A DNA stretch of 64,000 nt, from positions 5,536,001 through 5,600,000 of the forward strand of contig OY762007.1 in the NCBI GenBank assembly GCA_963665115.1, in the 5' to 3' direction. The position numbers and the translations under genes were made by a program. Of the stretch, positions 23,317 to 34,594 are shown one piece after another; position 1 is the stretch's first letter; each line of letters begins with the position of its first letter. Below the pieces are notes generated by a model. It did no database searches. It saw only the letters and a program-made list of their open reading frames with translations, and had not been told where the DNA came from. The stretch comes from an uncultured Rivularia sp. Lineage in GTDB: Bacteria > Cyanobacteriota > Cyanobacteriia > Cyanobacteriales > Nostocaceae.

Positions 23317-24777
23317 TTACTTGTTTCTAGTTTGATTCAGATAAGCTTTCCCAGGTTGACTTGTATCTGCTAATAAGGGAACAGAGACTCCTAAATGTAG
23401 ATTTCTAGTTTGTTGGAGAATTTGCTCTACCTCTTCTTCGGAAAGCTGTTGAACGTAATTAATTTTAATTTCTTCTAAGAAGTCGATTAATAAGCTTTGT
23501 ATCTGTGAAAGCACTTGCTTTTTTTGGATTTCCGAAGTCAAAGATTCAGAGAAGCGTTTTACTAATTCACCCGAAAGTTTAGCAGAAACTGGGTCTTCTG
23601 TTGCCGATACTACAGCATGGTAGAGATTTGTGGCAATTTGAGTTGCTAATTGTTCGCTTAACTGACTTTGCATTTGTCCTAACCCTGGTAGGTTGCTCAA
23701 ATTGCGATAGATGGGAGACTGATTAAATGCGCTATCTATATTGTGTTGCAAAAGAGTAATTATTTGCGGTTGGACTTTTGGTAACACTTCGCGAATAATT
23801 GTTTGTACGAAAATTCCTGCTAAGGCTTCTATTTCATCAACGTTATTTATGTCTATATAAGGACGTAATGTTTGACTTTGTTGCAGCCAGCTAGTTAAGT
23901 TTCCTTGTTTAATTGAATTTTGAGTTTTATTTATAACCCGTATGACGACAATTTGAGTTATTTCTTCAGCAAAATTGGCTACAATACCTTTCTGAGCTTG
24001 CTGTCTTATACCTTGTAAATTTAATAACTCAGCTTTATCTAAACGAACTAACACAGGTACGATTCGCAACCAACGCCAAAAGGGTAGGATTAAGAATACA
24101 TCGTACCAACGCCAAAGAATACAATCTAACCAGCTAAATCCAGCGTTATGCCTTTTTATATAGAAACTACGCGCTAACAATTCAAGTAAAAATAAAATTA
24201 CAAATGGTAAATCGATTATCCAGAATTTATCTATAAATTCCCCATTTTCGCCAATTTGTCGATAGTAATTAGTTGCGATTAAGGGTTTAATTTTTTGATT
24301 AAAAAAGTTGAGTTCTCTATCTATACCTTGTTGCAGTAAATAATCAGTACTCCAGAAAGTAGAAAAAGCCCGCTTTGAAGATTCATAAGAGAGGCGATCG
24401 CGCATCCGATTTTTGATTTTTTCTAAGGTGCCGCTTTTTGAAGCTCCTGCAAATGGATTATTTTCAATCGTTTCTACGCTCAAATCGCGTAATTCTTGAA
24501 GCTTACTTGCCGCCATAGCCGAATTTAATTCTGTTTCGCCGATTTGCTGCTCGAATTCTTCTACAGTTCTCAAATAATTTTCAGTTTCTCGATGAGGCTC
24601 AATTCCTTTGATAGGGTCATATATTTCTTGGATTTGAGGCAAACTACGTAAATAAAAATCACGCCATCCAATGTAACTTAAATTAAATAATACTAATCCT
24701 AAATTTACCGTAGCAGTAAGCGCGATTAATCTTTCAAACCAAAGATTTCGCTTTTTCGTAAGTTTTCTACTTTTCAT
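23317..24777 (-). CDS. Conserved cyanobacterial membrane protein (hypothetical)
   Basis: 486-aa ORF with TM segments, a WRWYDVFLILPFWRWLR motif and a long helical C-terminus. Confidence 0.75.
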   Translation of the reverse strand: MKSRKLTKKRNLWFERLIALTATVNLGLVLFNLSYIGWRDFYLRSLPQIQEIYDPIKGIEPHRETENYLRTVEEFEQQIGETELNSAMAASKLQELRDLSVETIENNPFAGASKSGTLEKIKNRMRDRLSYESSKRAFSTFWSTDYLLQQGIDRELNFFNQKIKPLIATNYYRQIGENGEFIDKFWIIDLPFVILFLLELLARSFYIKRHNAGFSWLDCILWRWYDVFLILPFWRWLRIVPVLVRLDKAELLNLQGIRQQAQKGIVANFAEEITQIVVIRVINKTQNSIKQGNLTSWLQQSQTLRPYIDINNVDEIEALAGIFVQTIIREVLPKVQPQIITLLQHNIDSAFNQSPIYRNLSNLPGLGQMQSQLSEQLATQIATNLYHAVVSATEDPVSAKLSGELVKRFSESLTSEIQKKQVLSQIQSLLIDFLEEIKINYVQQLSEEEVEQILQQTRNLHLGVSVPLLADTSQPGKAYLNQTRNK

Positions 24778-25140
24778 ATTTATTCAGTATCAATACATAC
24801 AACAGAGAATCAACAAGGTATTATATTTAATAGTTGCAAGTGATTGCAAAACGTTTGTTACAAGGGAAAATAATTGTTTTAAGTATTATTTGTATCACTT
24901 AACAAATTTACATAATCCCAAAATATTTAACTATTTGTACAAGCTTTTAAAGATACATCTATAGGAAGATGACAAAAATATTTATTGTTACTTATTTAAA
25001 ATAATTACAGAAAGTTTAAATTGATGAAAAAATGATTAATAATTAAATAAAAAAAATTGATAAAAATAGCATAAATAAACTTAAAATGCAGCTGTACGGC
25101 TGAAAATGCTGCCGAATTTTAATGACTCGGAGTTTTAATC

Positions 25141-25932
25141 ATGTGGTGTGAGTTTAGTAATAAGAACATTAGTGTAGCGGTTGCCTGCCTCATTGTAAGT
25201 AGTACCGCAGTTTCAAGTACGGTTTTTGCTGCTCGTCAGCGCAATTATACTCCACGAGAATTTCGTTCTGTCTTGTACGGATTGGGGTATAACGTCGAAG
25301 TCTCAGAAGGTCCTCTGACAGACGCTCAAACCAGAAAAGCAATTCGCGAATTTCAGCGGGGATACAAAATAGGAGTTGATGGTATAGCAGGGCCAAACAC
25401 TCAAAATTTGGCTGCCGAAATTGTTAAAAGTCTCAAGTACAACTTGAACTTAGTCGCGAATCCCGATCCTAAGTTAATTATCAATCAGTTTTATGGGCCA
25501 AGAACGCAAGAAGTAGTTAAGAAATATCAGGAAGAATTAGAAGTCGAACAAAGTGGAATCGCCGATTTAGCTTTGCGGCAAAGACTTAATCAACAAGCGA
25601 AGGAGAACCCACAGCCAACACCAGAGCCAACACCACAACCAACGCCAGAACCAACACCAATCGCAACCCCATCACCAACGCCATCACCAACGGCGACACC
25701 AGAAGTTACACCAACACCTGTAATTCCAGAACCAACACCAACACCAACGGCGACACCAGAAGTAACGCCAATTCCAGAAGTAACACCAATTCCAGAACCA
25801 ACACCATCACCAACGGCGACACCAGAAGTTACCCCAACACCTGTAATTCCAGAACCAAGTCCAACACCTACCGAATCACCTGAAGATGAAGAAGAGGCAA
25901 CACCAACTCCTACTCCTACGGAATCACCGTAA
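25141..25932 (+). CDS. Secreted peptidoglycan-binding domain protein with a Pro/Thr-rich tail
   Basis: Signal peptide, [24 protein letters not shown] (PG_binding_1), a second copy, then (PT/PE)n repeats. Confidence 0.85.
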   Translation: MWCEFSNKNISVAVACLIVSSTAVSSTVFAARQRNYTPREFRSVLYGLGYNVEVSEGPLTDAQTRKAIREFQRGYKIGVDGIAGPNTQNLAAEIVKSLKYNLNLVANPDPKLIINQFYGPRTQEVVKKYQEELEVEQSGIADLALRQRLNQQAKENPQPTPEPTPQPTPEPTPIATPSPTPSPTATPEVTPTPVIPEPTPTPTATPEVTPIPEVTPIPEPTPSPTATPEVTPTPVIPEPSPTPTESPEDEEEATPTPTPTESP

Positions 25933-26077
25933 AGGGAGTAGGGAGTAGGGAGTAGGGAGTAGGGAGTAGGGAGTAGGGAGTAGGGAGTAGGGAGTAGGGA
26001 GTAGGGAGTAGGAAATTTTCTACCCCCTCTACCTATTCCCAATGCCCAATGCCCAATGCCCAATGCCCAATGCCCAA
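25933..26077. repeat. STRR heptamer arrays, (AGGGAGT)x11 and (CCCAATG)n
   Basis: Perfect tandem heptamers between convergent genes. Confidence 0.9.
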
Positions 26078-26088
26078 TCCCCATCTTT

Positions 26089-26976
26089 CTAACCGTTCGG
26101 CTCTTCCATTGGTCTACCCTTGGGAACCGGAAGGAGCGGACGACGGTCATCATAAGGCATTGGGATGTACTGCACTGAAGGTCTTCCACCTTGCGGTTGC
26201 GGGTACAGCTCCATCAGGTCGTAGACTATTCGGGGCAGTCCGGCAGTGACGGGCAGCCCCATTTCTGTTGCTTCTTCTACGGTTATTGGGTAATCGTGGG
26301 TAACTTGTCCGGTTGTTAAAGCTTGGATAATGTTTTCAATATTTTCTGGTTTTACTTTTTGTTTGGGGATGCAATCTTGAAGTAAAGTCCTGACAAAACG
26401 CTGTACTTGATTCATGGCTTTGCGCGACAAGTCAGCCATTATCAAGGTTTGGTCGTCAACTTCACCGATAGGCTTATCTTCAACAACTTTGATAATACTT
26501 GCAGCAGGGTAATTTCCAAGTTGGGGATCGACAGGGCCGAGAACCGCATTTTCATCCATAACTATCTCATCTGCTGCAAGGGCAAGCATTGTACCGCCAC
26601 TCATCGCATAATGCGGTACAAAAACAGTTACTTTGGCTTGATGCCGAATTAATGCTCTAGCAATTTGTTCGGTTGCTAAAACCAAACCACCTGGAGTATG
26701 CAGAATTAGATCGATAGGAACATCTGATGGGGTTAAACGAATTGCCCGAAGAATTTTCTCAGAATCTTCGATGGTGATGTAGCGCGAAATTGGTACACCT
26801 AAAAAACTGATAGACTCTTGACGGTGAATCAGTAGAATTGTTCTACTTTTACGTTTTTGTTGAAATTCATCAATACTGCGGAAGCGACGATACTCCATTT
26901 TACGCTTCTGCCAAATCGGCTGTATGGAAGAAAGCAGTAGAAAAATCCACAATAGATCGAAAATACGAAAATCCAT
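26089..26976 (-). CDS. SDH family ClpP/crotonase-fold serine protease
   Basis: IDLILHTPGG, YAMSGGTMLALAADEI, LGPVDPQ and THDYPI motifs. Confidence 0.88.
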   Translation of the reverse strand: MDFRIFDLLWIFLLLSSIQPIWQKRKMEYRRFRSIDEFQQKRKSRTILLIHRQESISFLGVPISRYITIEDSEKILRAIRLTPSDVPIDLILHTPGGLVLATEQIARALIRHQAKVTVFVPHYAMSGGTMLALAADEIVMDENAVLGPVDPQLGNYPAASIIKVVEDKPIGEVDDQTLIMADLSRKAMNQVQRFVRTLLQDCIPKQKVKPENIENIIQALTTGQVTHDYPITVEEATEMGLPVTAGLPRIVYDLMELYPQPQGGRPSVQYIPMPYDDRRPLLPVPKGRPMEEPNG

Positions 26977-27108
26977 AAGACGAACTGTTTAAATTTAACG
27001 GTTTCGTCATTCATTCTTGCAATTTTTGGTACATTGAATGTCTATCTGGAGAGACAGTTATCACTGAGCAGTTACCAATTACCAATTACCAATTACCTCT
27101 CTTCCTAA

Positions 27109-28902
27109 CTACTGCTGTTGCCAAATCTTAATAGTGCCGTCATCGCTACCGCTAACTAAAGTCTCCCCATTGGGACTTATGGCGATCGAGCGAACATAAT
27201 TGGAATGACCTCTCAAAGTACAGATTTCGTTACCCGTACTCAGTTGCCAAATTTTGATTGTGTTGTCCCAACTACCGCTAACTAAAAATTCTCTATTTGG
27301 ACTCAGTTTCACCGTCCAAACTGCATCATCGTGACCTTTCAAAGTACGAATTTCTCTACCCGTACTTATTTGCCACAGTTTAATCGTGTTATCAGAACTA
27401 CCGCTGGCTAAGATTGTCCCATCTCGGCTGTAAGTTAAAGAATTAACAAATAAAGAATGACCTTTCAAAGTACGAATTTCGCTACCCGTACTTGCTCGCC
27501 ATATTTTAATCGTATAGTCAGCACTGGCACTAGCTAAAAAATGCCCATCTGGACTCCATGCGACCGAGGAAACTGAATCGGAATGTCCTATAAAATTGCT
27601 AACCTCTTTACTGTCTATTACCTGCCAGAGTTTGATTTTAGAATCAACGCTACTGCTTGCTAGTATTTGATCGTTGGGATTAAAAGCAAGAGAATTTACG
27701 CAGCTATTATGACCTTTTAAATGGCTAATTTGTTTACCAGTACTTACAGACCATAATTTGATAGTTTCATCCCAACTACCACTAGCAAGAATCTCTCCAT
27801 CATGGCTGAAAGCGAGGGTGTCAACTATACCTGAATGACCGGAAAACCAGCGCCCAAGCAGACGCAGCAGTTTTCCACTTTGGAGTTCCCATAATTTGAT
27901 AGTTTTGTCGCTGCTACCGCTAGCAATAATTTTACCGTCGGGACTGATGGTTACTGAATGAACCATACTGGTGTGTCCTTCGAGGGTGCGAATGCATTTC
28001 CAACTATGAGGAAGTGAGGATTTCGGAAGGGGTGTAATAATTTGCGTTGGGGGTACTATTGCTAAATTTCTGCTCTCACCAACAGGCTTTTCGAGTAATT
28101 GCAACCACTCTTGGACGGATTGGGGACGATAATTAGCATTTAGTGCCATTCCGCGCATTATTGCTTGATTTGTTCTATCACCGATTTGAGGATTTAAATC
28201 TTGTGGTGGTTTGAGTAAAGTGTGCTGATTTCTGTTCTCGGCACTTGTAGGAGTAACTCCTGTAAGTAAAGTGTATAAGGTGGCTGCTAAGGCATAAACA
28301 TCAATAAATTCTCCCCGTGGTGCTTCAATTTGGTATTGTTCTGGTGGGGCAAAACCGGGAGTATGATAAATTGTATGTTTTTGCACCTCATTAGGAATAA
28401 ATTCTCTGGCTATACCAAAGTCAATTAATACAGCTTCTGTTTTATTTTGGCGGATAATAATATTACTGGGCTTGATGTCTCGATGCAGCAAACCTCGACG
28501 ATGAATCACTTTTAAAGCATCACCAATTTGCTGAATGTATTGCAGTGCTTCAGCCTCAGATAATATGCCCATCCGCCGTAAATGTTTACTTAAATCTGCA
28601 CCTTCGATGTACTCCATTGCAATACAAGGCAGATTTTCTTCTTCAAAAATAGTTTTTATCTTGACTATATGTGGATGAAGACATACAGATAATCTTACCG
28701 CTTCATCGCGAAAGTCTTGTCGTATTTTATCTAGGTATGGTTTCCAAGCGGGATTTTCAAGAATATGTTCTCGAAGCGTTTTGATAACTCGGAGTTCGCT
28801 ACGTTGGTTTTTTGCAAGATAGGTAACGCCTATTCCACCTTCACCGAGTTTCTTTTCAATGATGTAGCGTCCAGATAAGCTTTGCCCCCTCTGCCAAGCC
28901 AT
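27109..28902 (-). CDS. Ser/Thr protein kinase with C-terminal WD40 repeats
   Basis: GEGGIG, VIK, HRDIKPSN, DFG and APPE motifs, followed by seven GH...SGSxDxTIKxW repeats. Confidence 0.95.
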   Translation of the reverse strand: MAWQRGQSLSGRYIIEKKLGEGGIGVTYLAKNQRSELRVIKTLREHILENPAWKPYLDKIRQDFRDEAVRLSVCLHPHIVKIKTIFEEENLPCIAMEYIEGADLSKHLRRMGILSEAEALQYIQQIGDALKVIHRRGLLHRDIKPSNIIIRQNKTEAVLIDFGIAREFIPNEVQKHTIYHTPGFAPPEQYQIEAPRGEFIDVYALAATLYTLLTGVTPTSAENRNQHTLLKPPQDLNPQIGDRTNQAIMRGMALNANYRPQSVQEWLQLLEKPVGESRNLAIVPPTQIITPLPKSSLPHSWKCIRTLEGHTSMVHSVTISPDGKIIASGSSDKTIKLWELQSGKLLRLLGRWFSGHSGIVDTLAFSHDGEILASGSWDETIKLWSVSTGKQISHLKGHNSCVNSLAFNPNDQILASSSVDSKIKLWQVIDSKEVSNFIGHSDSVSSVAWSPDGHFLASASADYTIKIWRASTGSEIRTLKGHSLFVNSLTYSRDGTILASGSSDNTIKLWQISTGREIRTLKGHDDAVWTVKLSPNREFLVSGSWDNTIKIWQLSTGNEICTLRGHSNYVRSIAISPNGETLVSGSDDGTIKIWQQQ

Positions 28903-29279
28903 TAGTGAAAATTGTAAAGTTGCTGGTATTTATTTTTGCACAAATTCTATGTTTGGGTAAGAAGATTTCATGAGGATGAAGTAAACTACCTACACTAAAA
29001 TCAAAAAATAAAGATAGAGTAAATTTTGCCCGAATAGGGTTGTGGTATTTACGGATTATTGATTGAATTAGCGCATACCATACGTAACTTACAATTCAAA
29101 AGCAAAAAATATTTTGCAGCTAAAACATCGTTATCAAGTTAATAGATAACTTGTTTTTCGATCTTTCTTTATTTTTGGAAAGAATGCAGTTTAAGTGTCT
29201 AGATTGATTACTTGCAGTTGACTTTAGATAAAAGCAAGTTCATATAAATTAATGAAAAGTATAAGGAGTTAATAAGCAG

Positions 29280-29924
29280 ATGAAAAATAAATACAAATAT
29301 TTATCAGGATTAGCTGTAGCTACAATTTTCTTCGGAATAATTAATCCAGTACAAGCAGCTACCTTATTTAGCACAAACTTGAATTCAAGTTTAGTCCCAG
29401 ATGTAGAGTCTAGTGCTACAGGGAATGCGGTATTTCTCTTAAATGATGCTGAAGATAAACTAGAGTACGAAATTGAAATTATGGGAGGTATAGCTGATTT
29501 AGGAGACGAAAACTCGGGCAATAAAGTCACTAAAGTCCATCTTCATGTAATCGAAGGTGATGAATTTAGAAATGGTGAAATATTCGATGATGGCAAACAC
29601 GTTTTTAATGTATATACTCCCGATGATAATGACTTACAAATAATTCAAGATGACGGAAAAGTGACCTTTAAAGGTATATGGGATGCAAACGATTTTGTTC
29701 CTGAAAATCCCGGACTACTTGATAATAGAACTTTAACAAGTCAATTAGGTAATTTATTTGCTGGTAATCTATTTGTAAATATTCACACCGCAAACAATCC
29801 TAGTTCCGAAATTAGAGGGATAATTAAGCAAGTGCCGGAACACAATGGTTCTTTAGGCTTCCTGATGGCAGGTTGCACTTATCTATTATGGAATCAGAAG
29901 AAATTAAAGAAAACTGAAAACTGA
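29280..29924 (+). CDS. CHRD domain protein with a PEP-CTERM-like sorting signal
   Basis: Signal peptide, SSATGNA, HLH and NLFVNIHTANNPSSEIRG. It ends with VPE, a hydrophobic segment and a basic tail. Confidence 0.85.
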   Translation: MKNKYKYLSGLAVATIFFGIINPVQAATLFSTNLNSSLVPDVESSATGNAVFLLNDAEDKLEYEIEIMGGIADLGDENSGNKVTKVHLHVIEGDEFRNGEIFDDGKHVFNVYTPDDNDLQIIQDDGKVTFKGIWDANDFVPENPGLLDNRTLTSQLGNLFAGNLFVNIHTANNPSSEIRGIIKQVPEHNGSLGFLMAGCTYLLWNQKKLKKTEN

Positions 29925-29960
29925 TTCGATCGCAGAGAATAAATTCAATAAGTAACAAGA

Positions 29961-29990
29961 TAATGCTCATAAATTAATTTATGAGCATTA
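29961..29990. terminator. 30-bp perfect palindrome downstream of the CHRD gene
   Basis: taatgctcataaatt|aatttatgagcatta. Confidence 0.45.
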
Positions 29991-30240
29991 GAACCTTTAT
30001 ATTTTTAATTTTGTAGTCCGTTAGGGTTAACTCGAAGGGTGCAGAGCGGCGTGTCTGTAAAGATATGCATCTCATCCAAAATACCTTAACATAGCGGTTT
30101 GAATTGAGTCAGACGGCATCTTGATCTATTCTAAATTTTATATTTTTTTAAAATTTTGCGGTTGTTCAAAAGGCTATATTAATTATGAAGTTAATGTTAC
30201 TCATTACTTAAAATTATTGTTTAAAGTTTAAGATTTTTAT

Positions 30241-31180
30241 ATGCAAACAAGACCTTTTACATTTATGCTAAAAAATTTACAAATAAAACAAAAATTTACA
30301 TTTTTACTGCTAATTATTTTGCTTGTGGGGATTAGTATCAGCGGATTAGCTTTATCTTTCGTACTTGGGCAAAATGCTAAACGTGAAGTTGAGAATACAG
30401 CTTTAATTTTAATGGAAACGATGAGTTCGGTTCGTAATTATACTAGTACCCAAGTAAATCCAGAATTGCAAGAGAAATTAGAAACAAATTTTTTACCCCA
30501 AAGCGTACCTGCTTATTCGGCTAGAGAAGTATTTGAAAACCTACGAAGCAAAGGAGAATATAAAGATTTTTTCTATAAAGAAGCTACGCTAAATCCGACT
30601 AATCTTCGAGATAAAGCTGACACTTTTGAAACAAAAATCGTTGAGCGTTTCAAGAATGAAAAAAAAACAGAATTGAGCGGTTTTCGTTCGCTTCCTGGTG
30701 GAGATATTTTCTATATTGCTCGTCCGCTAGCAGTAACAAAAGAAAGTTGCTTGGTGTGTCATAGCACAGTTGATGTTGCACCTAAGAGTATGATACAGCG
30801 TTATGGTACTGCTCATGGATTTGGATGGAAGTTAAATGAAATAATCGGCGCTCAAATCATTTCAGTCCCCAGCAGATAGAGTCATTCAAAAAGCTCATAA
30901 ATCATCTGTTGTAATCATCGGTATTGTATCTATTGTTTTTGTGCTTGCCATTGTATTCGTGAATATGTTCTTGAATAGACAAGTTGTACGTCCGCTGAAA
31001 CGGATTACCCGTATGGCTGAAGAAGTTAGTACGGGACATATGGAAGTCGATTTTGACCAGGTATCTAATGACGAAATCGGTAATCTTGCCAGAGCCTTTA
31101 AAAGAATGAAACTAAGTTTAGAAATGGCTATGAAGAGACTTAAAAATAATGGTGGTAGTAATAAGAATACAACAGAATAA
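30241..31180 (+). CDS. DUF3365/Tll0287-like c-type heme sensor domain with TM and HAMP, apparent +1 frameshift at 30867-30870
   Basis: YKEATLNPTNLRDKAD, the CLVCH heme motif and GFGWK. Removing one C gives VPADRVIQKAH, a TM helix, then the HAMP segment (RPLKRITRMAEEVSTG...DEIGNLARAF). Confidence 0.85.
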
Positions 31181-31334
31181 CGATCAAATAATTTATATCT
31201 AATTGACTCTACATAAATATTACGGCGAACAAAACTAATGGTTATTCCGTACTTGCTATACTGATTAAATAGTCGTAAAAAGGCAGTAGATAGTAGAGAA
31301 AAGTATTTCAGCAATTTTAGCTAAAAATTTAGCA

Positions 31335-31449
31335 TACTAGTAGCGCTGCGCGGAAGTAAAAAGTAAGAAGTAAAAAGTAAAAAGTCTTATAGGATAAATA
31401 TTTCAGTCGTTAACAATGGGTGCTTTATTTCCGCCGTGCTGTACTAGTA
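31335..31449. mobile_element. MITE-like element with imperfect terminal inverted repeats and CTAG at both ends
   Basis: The left end tactagtagcgctgcgcggaagtaaa matches the reverse complement of the right end, tactagtacagcacggcggaaataaa. The interior contains AAAAGTA heptamers. Confidence 0.55.
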
Positions 31450-31481
31450 GTCCCTTTCATTTATTTTGATGAGTTTTATAT

Positions 31482-31544
31482 TTCGTAGTGCGAGCCGGAA
31501 AGCTCGCTAGTTGTAACGAGGGAGCGAGACGCTCCCACTACGAA
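31482..31544. repeat. Inverted pair of GTAG-type REP-like hairpins
   Basis: ttcgtagtgcgagc...gctcccactacgaa. Confidence 0.65.
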
Positions 31545-31710
31545 TAATCTATCCAGCAAAACTAATAGGACAAACGTTAGGTAATGAAGAACAAAATTAC
31601 TTGAAAAAAATAAATAGTAAGATGCTGATAATTAATAATCTGAGTTTTTCAACCTATAAACTCTTATAAATCAGAGATGAAAGTTATATATTGAATAATT
31701 ATCAATAATT

Positions 31711-32948
31711 TTAAGAAAAGATCCGCCGTGTAAACTCAATCGCCGTTTGAGAATCAGGGATTTCACTTGCTAATAGTTCTACTAATTGATGGGGAGTTAT
31801 TCGAGGATTTTTTGCTAGTATATCTTCTATAATAAAATTTGCCATTGGACCAATATAGTAAGCTAATTGTTGATGACAATTTTCTATAAAGGAACAGCTT
31901 AGCAGGTTTAACTGTTCTTGATTATCGATGTTTTCCCGATTATTAATTGAGCTAATTACTGTTGGTTGGACTTGGTTATTAGAGGGGGGTATTGTAGGAG
32001 TTAGCTTCGAGTCAGGAAAAACTAATGTTGCAGGTGTTAGAAAAGTCTCTGGGGATGATGAAAATGCTTGCGATTCAACTAGCTGTTCGAGTTGTGTCAA
32101 AACTTCTTTAGTTGTTTGGAATCGTGCTTTAGGGGTATCTGCCAACATTTTATCGAGTATCCCCGCAAAAGCATCGCTAACATTAGCATATATTCGCCAG
32201 TTCCAATCGAGTGAATATCTGTCTATCAAGCAAGTTGGGCTTTTAGCAGTAAGCAATACTAAAGCCGTTACTCCTAATGCATAAATATCACTGGAAGGAG
32301 AACACAAACCCAAACTAATTTGTTCTCGGGGAGCATATCCTACTTTTCCGACAAGAGACATATTACCAGCAAATTCTGTTTGATTAAGATTGGTCACTTC
32401 GTTGAGTTGAGCTATTTGCTTTCCTACACCAAAATCAATCAGCACGGGTAAATCTCCGTTTTCAGGCAACATTATATTATCAGGAGAAATATCTCGATGA
32501 ATTACTTGATGTTGATGAACGTATTCCAAGACTGGTAATAAGTTTTTCAACCAAAATATTACTTCATTTTCTGAAAATTTTTTTCCTTGGTGTTGCCGTT
32601 CTTGTAATAACCTTGAATAGGTTTTACCATTTACATATTCTTGCACTAGAAATAACCGGCCTTCTCCTTCAAAACAAGCTAAAAAGCGTGGTATTTGAGG
32701 ATGTTCTAATTTGTGAAGAATTTTTGCTTCTCTTTTGAACAAATCGCGACATTTTTCTAGTCCATTGCTACCAGTACCGAAGGGAGCAAATTCTTTTAAG
32801 ACGCAAGGTTCATTAAAACGACGGGTATCATGTGCCAAGTAAGTCCGTCCAAGTCCCCCTTGTCCCCTAACATCATTTGAATAATATACCGGCTATCAAC
32901 TAAAGTCCCAGAAACTATTTCTGGTTTGGTCATAGGGGGCACAGACAT
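31711..32948 (-). CDS. Ser/Thr protein kinase, with an apparent frameshift at 32864-32867
   Basis: The upstream frame MSVPPMTKPEIVSGTLVDSRYII joins GQGGLGRTYLA. It contains CVLKEF, HRDISPDN, DFG and YAPRE, and a C-terminal helical LAYYIGPMA domain. Confidence 0.9.
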
Positions 32949-33305
32949 TTACTTTCCACTCCTAAAAGTTGCTCTATCTATTGATTTATTAGTTATGAAG
33001 TCCGATTTTATGCAGATAAATTCCCCACACCACATTTTTTCATAGAAAAAGGGATTTTGAAGGAAGATTATTTTTCAGCTTCTCATTTTTTCGGTTCCAT
33101 CTCGTAACTTAGGACAAATTTAATTTTTAATTCGCTTCCAATTATTTAATGATTTCAATCAATAATAATTAAGTATAATTGAGAACCTAGAAAACTCAGT
33201 TAAATTCAGGTTTAAATTTTTTGAAGTTTGATTGGATTTGTTGACCATCTCAATTATCTATCACTATAAATTTGAGATGTTTAGCTAAAACTTAATAAAA
33301 GTTAA

Positions 33306-34193
33306 TTAATCAGTTTGGTTTGTGTTCTTAGAGGTCTTTGGCAGTAAAACAGCGGGTGTTTCCTTAACCCGTACCTCTAAAGGTTTAACTTTTTTGATTA
33401 GCTGAATAAATTGCTTGTATTGAGGAACTTTGATACTAGGAATATAACCAGCATCTGCTGTCATATCTGCTGAAGCTTCACTCATAAATTGCCGGATTTG
33501 TTTTTCGCGATTTCGTTCCACAGTCGGTGATAGCAGTACTAATCCTGGCGGAATCCAACGACTGGTATGTATAATTCTGAACTTTGTTCCGCGAAGCTGC
33601 CGCCGATAAACTTCAAAGTTCTTTTCAGATAAAGCACCAGCATCAACGCTACCTTCTTTTAGCCATTGGAGTACTGTTTTAGGAGTGGGAGCAAAACGGA
33701 TTTCACCCAGAGTTAAACCGTAAAGGTCGTACAAAGGAACATAATAGCCAGCAGCAGAACCTATTTGACCTAAAGCAAGAGTTTTATTCGCTAAATCTGG
33801 TATTTTTTTAATTGGACTATCGTCTCGGACTATCAGTAACGATCGCTGTCTGCTACTGACTTCACCCATTGAAAATAAAGGTTCGTAAAGTTGTTTATCA
33901 ATGGCGATCGCCGCTAAACCTGGGGGTGCAAAAACAATATCCCATTGCTTGCGTCGAATTTGGTCGATAGCTTGTAGTTCGTTATAAGCCGGTTCTAATT
34001 CTACAATTGACTTTGTTTGTAATGCTATATAGTTTTTAAAGCGCTCGTATTTATCGAGTGAAATATCTTCTTCTCCATAGCTGACTACACCTATATTCAC
34101 TTTTTCTGGGAGTATATTCGAGGATTCGCATCCTCCATATAAAAGTGTAAATAATATTAAAAATCCAAATCGCACAAAACCACGTGCAAACAT
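33306..34193 (-). CDS. PhnD/phosphonate-type substrate-binding lipoprotein
   Basis: Lipobox-like YGGC, RSLLIVRDDSPIKKIPDLANKTLALG and SAAGYYVPLYDL. Confidence 0.8.
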   Translation of the reverse strand: MFARGFVRFGFLILFTLLYGGCESSNILPEKVNIGVVSYGEEDISLDKYERFKNYIALQTKSIVELEPAYNELQAIDQIRRKQWDIVFAPPGLAAIAIDKQLYEPLFSMGEVSSRQRSLLIVRDDSPIKKIPDLANKTLALGQIGSAAGYYVPLYDLYGLTLGEIRFAPTPKTVLQWLKEGSVDAGALSEKNFEVYRRQLRGTKFRIIHTSRWIPPGLVLLSPTVERNREKQIRQFMSEASADMTADAGYIPSIKVPQYKQFIQLIKKVKPLEVRVKETPAVLLPKTSKNTNQTD

Positions 34194-34594
34194 ACTTTTT
34201 TCTAAATTTGATTAAATAGCTGCATATTTAATTATCGAGATTCACAAATATATTCAGAACTTAATGTTTCATAATATATACGTATTGTTTCAAAATACCT
34301 ATTGACTAATATAGGCGATATCTGCTTTTTTTAAGTAAATAGATATAAATAATTACAAAATTTGTTCAAAATCAGACAATTATAGTCTCGTGCCTCTATG
34401 GAAAAAATTTTTTTGAGATGTAGCTATTTTAGCTATCTTCAAAGAATAAAATTTTGCATCTAAGTCTTATCCCTACTGCCCACTGCCTACTCCCTCGTCA
34501 TAATTACAATTTTCAATGCCGACTTACTTATCTATGAATGTCTAATTTCAACTTAAGTTAATAATTCATCTTTAATCTAAAATCCAAAATCCAA

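Noticed and set aside
25590..26249. ORFs 25590..26189 and 26049..26249
   Set aside because: They are antisense or repeat-derived translations of the Pro/Thr tail and STRR arrays.
30895..31314. 139-aa minus-strand ORF
   Set aside because: It is an antisense shadow of the HAMP-coding 3-prime part of the heme sensor gene.
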